Assembly (NCBI RefSeq): GCF_009914755.1
Contig: NC_060928.1
Reading direction: 5' to 3' (one strand)
From: the human T2T-CHM13v2.0 reference genome, Homo sapiens
DNA: 64,000 bases
This document shows positions 54,901 through 64,000 of this stretch, one piece after another (position 1 is the stretch's first letter; each line of letters opens with the position of its first letter). Position numbers and translations under genes: made by a program. The notes beneath the pieces were generated by a model that saw nothing but the letters and a program-made list of their open reading frames with translations, did not search any database and was not told the origin of the DNA.

Positions 54901-55639
54901 ATTAAAGGAATAAAAATAATATTAGAAAATGATAGTAATGAAAAATAAAAAAATAATGTGGTAGAAGGTAACAGGAACTGTTCAAATGAAAATTTTTTAT
55001 AAAGAATGTCCTAGAGATATTAGAAACAAGAGTTTAAGAATGAAACACTTGACATGGAAGTACTGCAGATTTTTTTGCAATGTAAAGTCAAATCTATAAC
55101 CACAGAGTGGTTGAGATAGTGTGCAGGACATTCAGTAAGAAGAATCTTTTATATGATAACAAAATTACCCAAATTTATGATAAAGGTAGTATTGGAGAGT
55201 GGGACAGTATTTCAGAACACAAATCTTCATAGAATGAAGGGAGATACTTGACATTAGATGACTGTATGTACTAAAAATATTAGAAATATTAAAATAAATG
55301 AGCTAAGCATTCAACTTAAGAAGTGCATATGAAGACGGTCAATATCCAGAGAAATATTACACAAATCCGAACCTTTTTATAATCATTCAACACACACACA
55401 CACACACACCATCACACATAAAGTATGATGTTACCAAGATTTAAAGAAATTTGAACTTACATACACTGCTTATGTGCCTGCAAAGCAACATAACCTCTTT
55501 GGAGACAAATTTTATTGTAGCTAATCAGTATGACCATGTCTTGTCAGACAGGCCCAGCAATTCCACATGTAAGAATTGTTCCAAGAGCTGCATTTCCCAT
55601 ACTACCTTGGACTTAAAAGTTGGGTGGTCAATTAAAAAT

Positions 55640-56080
55640 AAAGACATGGAATCAACCTAAATGCCCATCAGTGATACATTGGATAAACTAAATGTGTTAT
55701 ATATACATGATGGATTACCATGCAGTCATAAAAACAAGAACGTCTTTTGCAGGGACATAGAAGGAGTTGGAAAATATCCTTAACAAACTAACACAGAAAC
55801 AGAAAAACAAAAACTGCATGTTCTCACTTCTAAGTGGGAACTGAACGATGAGAACACGTGAACACACAGAGGGCAGCAACAGACATTGGAAAATACCAGA
55901 GTGGAGGGTGGGAGGAGAGAGACGATAGGGGAAAATAACTAATGGGTACTAGGCTTAATACCTGGGTGAAGAAATAATCTGTACAACAAACCCCCATGAC
56001 AGAAGTTTACCTATGAAACAAACCTGTATTTGTACCCTTGAACTCAAAAGTAAAAAGAAAATCAAAACAAAACAAAAAAC
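55640..56080 (+). mobile_element. 5'-truncated L1PA13-like 3' end
   Basis: gaaaataactaatgggtactaggcttaatacctgggtgaagaaataatctgtacaacaaacccccatgac; A-rich tail. Confidence 0.85.
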
Positions 56081-56180
56081 CAGATGCTTAAAATGTAAAA
56101 CAAAACAAAACCAAAACCAAAAATCTACCCAGGCTTCTCTAGGGAGGGTCCTGGGAAAAGGTTGTTAGTATTTAAGAATT

Positions 56181-56492
<312 letters not shown>

Positions 56493-57271
56493 CTAAGTAA
56501 AAATAAAGTGATTCTTACCACTCAGGCCCCACTACCATAGAGAAACCCCAGCACATAGGAAAAATGAGAATGCTAAGAATATTTATTGACAAAAAAAAGT
56601 TCATCACAATAAGAAAGTATCAACTGAAATATATGTAAAAAAATAAGTACATAAATAGTGGCACATTTATATGATGGATTATATAAAGTTCTCAAAGTGA
56701 ACAGGTAGATATAACATAAAGGAGTGAATCTCAAAAACAAAATATAGAACCAAAATAAGAAAGACTACATGTTCACAAAATGTGATAACAAGAAACATGT
56801 CAAATAACACTATGTTTTTCCTATAGATGTGTATACAGATAAAAAATTAGAAATTCTCACCGTATTCCACATATTCCAGATAGTGTTTATCATGTCTGGG
56901 GTATGTTACAAAGAAAAATGGCAATGGAAACAACCCATAGAGTTTCAAATCTACCTAAAATATTTTTAGTTCTTTAAATATATCTGAAGCAAATATGGCG
57001 AATTATTAATACTTTATGAAGATGTACAATATTTAAAATTTTAAGTTTATATACTTTTTATTAAATTATAGTTTATTTCTACATAATTATATTTGGACAA
57101 CTTTATTCACTTTTAAAATTGATTAAATAAGATAACTAAAAATTATCTGTATGGACAATAGCCACAAATAGAGCATATACTCCATGACAGTGATAGTTTT
57201 CATCCTTTGCTACAAGGAACACTTTCCATATAGTTTTAATACTTTGTTATCCAAATATAAAAATTAAATAA

Positions 57272-57585
57272 AGCTGGGTGCTGTGGCTCACGCCTGTAAT
57301 CCCAGCACTTTGGGAAGCCGAGAGGAGGGGATCACGAGGTCAGGAGATGGAGACCATCCTTGCTAACATGGTGAAACCCCGTCTCTACTAAAAAAAAAAA
57401 AAAAAAATTGAAAAATTAGCTGGGCTTGGTGGCAGGTGCCTGTAGTCCCAGCTACTTGGGAGGCTGAGGGAGAGAGTGGTGTGAACCGGGGAGGCGGAAC
57501 TTGCAGTGAGCCAAGATCGCGCCACTGCACTGCGGCCTGGGTGACGGAGAGAGACTCGGTCTCAAAAAACAAAACAAACAAACAA
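57272..57585 (+). mobile_element. AluY-like
   Basis: gatcacgaggtcaggagatggagaccatcc, ggtgtgaacc and cttgcagtgagc; expanded central A run; TSD aaaaattaaataaa / aaaaatcaaataaa. Confidence 0.9.
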
Positions 57586-59291
57586 AAAATCAAATAAATA
57601 ACTTGTTAATTATGGTTAGTCTATAAAATGGTTGTTTGACTTGTAGACTAAAATAAACATTATAAAATAGGTTCTACCCATAAATCAATAAGCAATCAAA
57701 AGCTTGCTATATATGTTTTTAGATTACAGAAAATAAGGTTCAGTGTTTAGAGGAAAACTGACTACACAATAAATAATATCATATTTATTTTTAAAAAGAG
57801 TTAAAAAATTTTTTTCTGCGTAAGTGTTGCCAGAGGGAATTTTTATGACAATTCTTGTACTTTGGATCCAACTGTATGCATCTACTTTTCTGTTAACTTG
57901 AGGTTCTTGAAGGCCAGGGTTATTTCCTTTATTTTTGTTACTCCAGAAGCTGCACCTCAGACTGAAACATCCTAGTGGCCCTATAAAGGCGCAAATTGAA
58001 GCCATCTCAGATGCAATAAGGGGGAGGAAAGACAAATAAAACAATAACAATTCACAATAAAATCCCCTGATTAGCTCCGTAGGCTCTGTCTTTACACTGA
58101 TATTAGCACAAGATCACAACCAAATATAAAAAGAGCCTTCTGCTATTTAAAAAATCCAGGTTATCATTGTCCTTAAAAGTATTTTTAGGCTATCTTTATT
58201 ATACTTCAATATATACTCCACACAATATGTGACATGTCTGTTCTTTCCAGAAAATTTAAATCTACAAATGGCACTAAAAGGAGAAACATTAAAAAATAAA
58301 TTCCTTGATAAAAAGAAGAAAAATGGAGGACAAGAACTTCCAGACCACAAATGGAAAAAAGTAAGTGAAGTTCTTGAGATTAAATTGCTTTTTCTTATTA
58401 ATTAAAAACATCGTCTCTGTGTCAGAGTAAATTTTCTCAGTGCGGAGAGATGCATGTTTAGTGATGTTTTAGGAATTTCACACACAGAATATTTAATCAC
58501 AAATAGACACTTTATTCAAGGATACAGTTGGGATTGTATAAAAAGGCAACTAAATTTCTATAGAGTTTGCTATTAAGACTATAAAATTTGATGTTCTCTT
58601 ACTATAGGTATTGCAGCACTAAATATTACTTACTTTTGAGTATGCTTTTACTTTCTTCTGTCCAGTAGGTAATGTGCTCTATTAAGAGATAGTCTTTTAT
58701 CATCTGCTTCCAAAATAAATAGTTAACACTCTCTGCAGTGCAGGTGTTCAACATTGTAAACCATTTCTAGCCAATAGTAGTAAAAAATAATGAATTTTTT
58801 TGACAAGCTTAAAAATTATCTTTTCAGAATGATTTCCTGAAGGCATATCTTTGGGTAATATGAAAGTAAAATCTAAAAATATTTTTGATTACCTGGCATA
58901 TATGCTTCAACAGTAGATTTATATTACAGAAAATCCTTATTCAATGTATATATACGTTTTGGCTGATCTCAATATTCTAAATTTTGAAACAAATCTCAGA
59001 GCATATCATAAAAAATCATAACTAAATCTAAATGAAGGCTTGCTGATATATCACCTAATTTCCTTAACAAGATGGTAAACAAAATGCCCTTTTGTCTGAA
59101 AGATGTTAGATGGATTAGGGATGGTTGATATGTGAAATGTCTCATCCTGTTCTAAGATAGTTTGCTGATTTCCGTTTGATTCAGTTTCTATATGTATTTG
59201 ATCTCAGTATAGCCTTATTGTATTGATAAGTTATGTTCACATTGAATGACTTCTTACTTTTCTCAGGTATTAATATATGCAATATTGATGC

Positions 59292-59293
<2 letters not shown>

Positions 59294-59325
<32 letters not shown>
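59294..59325 (+). repeat. (TG)n microsatellite
   Basis: About 15 perfect GT units. Confidence 0.95.
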
Positions 59326-59330
<5 letters not shown>

Positions 59331-59772
59331 ACATAGCCGACTGCTGTTCTTTAATTTTTTTTTCTATGAATGAAGAGGCCCTGAGACATTGATTATAGCT
59401 AGTTCTTACACTTTACAATGCTGTTTGTCAAGTTGACTTGCTTCAGAGAAAAGCCTAGACAGACTAAAAAATCCCATTTATGTTAATCCAAATAACATAG
59501 TTGGGAGCAACTCAGGGTCTGTGTTTTGTTTTGATGCAATAGATATTTTAAAACTCCATGATATTATAGAGATAACAACCCACAGTGACACTACTCCATG
59601 AATAGGGCATGAGACATTCTAAAGTTACGTCATCTCAAAATGAAATAATTTTGAACTTAACTTTTCATTTCTTTTGGTAGGTAGTTCCATATTAGACCTG
59701 TTTTCTGTCAAATATTATTTTATACATTATTACATTGCAGTCAGTTTTACATAAGCAGTCAGTTTTACATAA

Positions 59773-62388
<2,616 letters not shown>

Positions 62389-62389
62389 A

Positions 62390-62700
62390 AATGTCATCAT
62401 AGCACAAGATAGAGTCTCTATTTCCCAGTCTCTGTAGGATGGTAGAGACCCAAACTCAGGAGGCAAGCACCTTGCTTTAAGTTATAAAATTAATTTTTCC
62501 TTTGGGTAATGTCAAAGGAAACAGAGATAGCCTGTGATCCTTTTAATCCCAGCTCCTAAAAATTTTCCTGCCCTTTGTATCAGCAGAGTTGAGCTCAGAC
62601 TGAGTTCTGATCTCTCTCTCAGAGATCAGAAGATTGCACCAGACTTGAATAAATCTTCCTTGCTTGTTTATTTTGGTACAATGCAATTTTTGCTTTGACA
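62390..62700 (+). mobile_element. MER34/MER39-family LTR, 3' portion only
   Basis: agcagagttgagctcagactgagttctg...ttgaataaatcttccttgcttgttta...gcaatttttgctttgaca. Confidence 0.65.
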
Positions 62701-62704
62701 GTTT

Positions 62705-62810
62705 TCATTGTAATTTTTTATGGTGTTTTCTAAGAACCTAGAATAGTGCTTGCCTACCTATTAGGTACTAAAAGGTAGTTATTGAATGAGGGAATGAGTA
62801 AATGAATTAT
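62705..62810 (+). mobile_element. L2 3' terminus
   Basis: cctagaatagtgcttgcctacctattaggtactaaaaggtagttattgaatgagggaatgagtaaatgaa. Confidence 0.6.
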
Positions 62811-62954
62811 TTTTCTTTTTTCTAGTGGCCAGATTTCGAACTTGTTGACACAAGACTTTCTAAAGAATTCTTTCCTTCAATCTTCAAATCCTAAAATATT
62901 CAAAATGGTAATTGCTTAATCAGTCTCAGAGCAAAACCGTTGGCTTATGGAGGG

Positions 62955-63053
62955 TAAATGGATAGCACGAATAATAAGTTATTGATTTTGGAAGCCACTG
63001 AGATTTGGGGGTTATTTGTTATTATAGCATAACTTTGCATATCCTGATTGTAT
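62955..63053 (+). mobile_element. MLT1 (I/J/K-type) LTR 3' fragment
   Basis: aagccactgagatttgggggttatttgttattatagcataactttgcatatcctgatt. Confidence 0.6.
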
Positions 63054-64000
63054 TGGGCCTCTAAAATCACGTTGTAGAAGGAAATTATGGAAAATTAAAA
63101 TAAAAAATTGATGAAAAAAATATTGCTCAAAGAAGTAACTAAAACGTACGTTTTCAAATCAAGGAATCACATAAGGATATGTTTTCTACAATAAAGATAA
63201 ATCTAAAAATAATTCTTTAGAAGATCATTATATTTGTTTGTAAATTTCCCCTTGACTACATTACTAATATATGTGTAAGAATGGAGCATAAGAATATATC
63301 TGCATGGTTAGAAGGATTGGGACCATAATATCAACATTTTAACCAAATTTTTACAGAATTTTCAAAAGCCATATGAGGAAATGGTAAATAAAAATAAATG
63401 CATGCTTTTTACATGGACAGCATTATAATAATTTAAAGTCATTTATTTTAGTTCTGAGTCTACCAATGTCTAGTAAATTACGGGTCAAAAAATGTTTATA
63501 AATGTAATTAAAATTTTCGAGGCATCATGTGCTTATGAATACAAAAGAAGTCACATCAGCAGTAGAACCTGACTTTGACTGGCTTATTACTTCTGCTTTT
63601 TAATTGAAAGGACTCCCTTGTTATTGAGAGAGTACTTGAAGAGATCTTATGAATGCAGAAATTCCACAATGCCTACATTGCTCCTCTCGGCAGCATCAAT
63701 ATTCTGCTGCTCCACACCAGTCCCGTCTGGTGCTGACCTGCTTTGTGTTGCTTCACCAGATGTGAAGGTTGCTGCCATTATTATATTAAAGAACATTATT
63801 CTGCCCCTTGATGCAGAAATGTTCTGTGCTAATGACCTCCAAGAGCCTCAAAATGGCAATTCTGAGCACTGCTCTGAAAGTCAGAAAATGGTCCTCCTCA
63901 TGTCGTGTTAATGACATGCTTTTTAGGTCTTGTGATTTTTTGCACATTTCAGTAGCACATCTATTTTGATTTTGCTCACAGCATGTTCAAGACTAGATTC

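Noticed and set aside
57975-57995. TATA-like ctataaaggcgc as a promoter
   Set aside because: A single short motif in AT-rich DNA with no CpG island or downstream gene structure.

Overview
This is an AT-rich, CpG-poor mammalian genomic window from a catarrhine primate, most likely human. The assignment rests on AluY, AluS, AluJ and monomeric Alus, L1PA4/5 to L1PA13, THE1D and MER21. No protein-coding gene, RNA gene, CpG island or prokaryotic feature could be supported. The ORF track is explained by decayed L1 ORF1/ORF2 pieces, Alu open frames, one L2 endonuclease remnant and chance ORFs. About half of the window is recognisable transposable-element fossil: L1PA/L1MA/L1ME, L2, MIR, Alu, MaLR/ERVL/ERV1 LTRs and Tigger DNA transposons, many with readable target-site duplications (TSDs). 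The notable observations are mechanistic. They include a twin-primed L1 inside Tigger3a, a tail-less L1 that still has a TSD, two L1s truncated at the same L1 coordinate, a probable L1-mediated deletion of half an LTR, a template-switch hairpin, and a MIR>Tigger4>AluY nest. Several well-formed plus-strand exon candidates and motif-dense repeat-free islands may belong to a lncRNA or enhancers. I found no convincing previously undescribed biological system. Subfamily calls come from remembered consensus sequences and need RepeatMasker/Dfam confirmation, and boundaries of the old elements are approximate.
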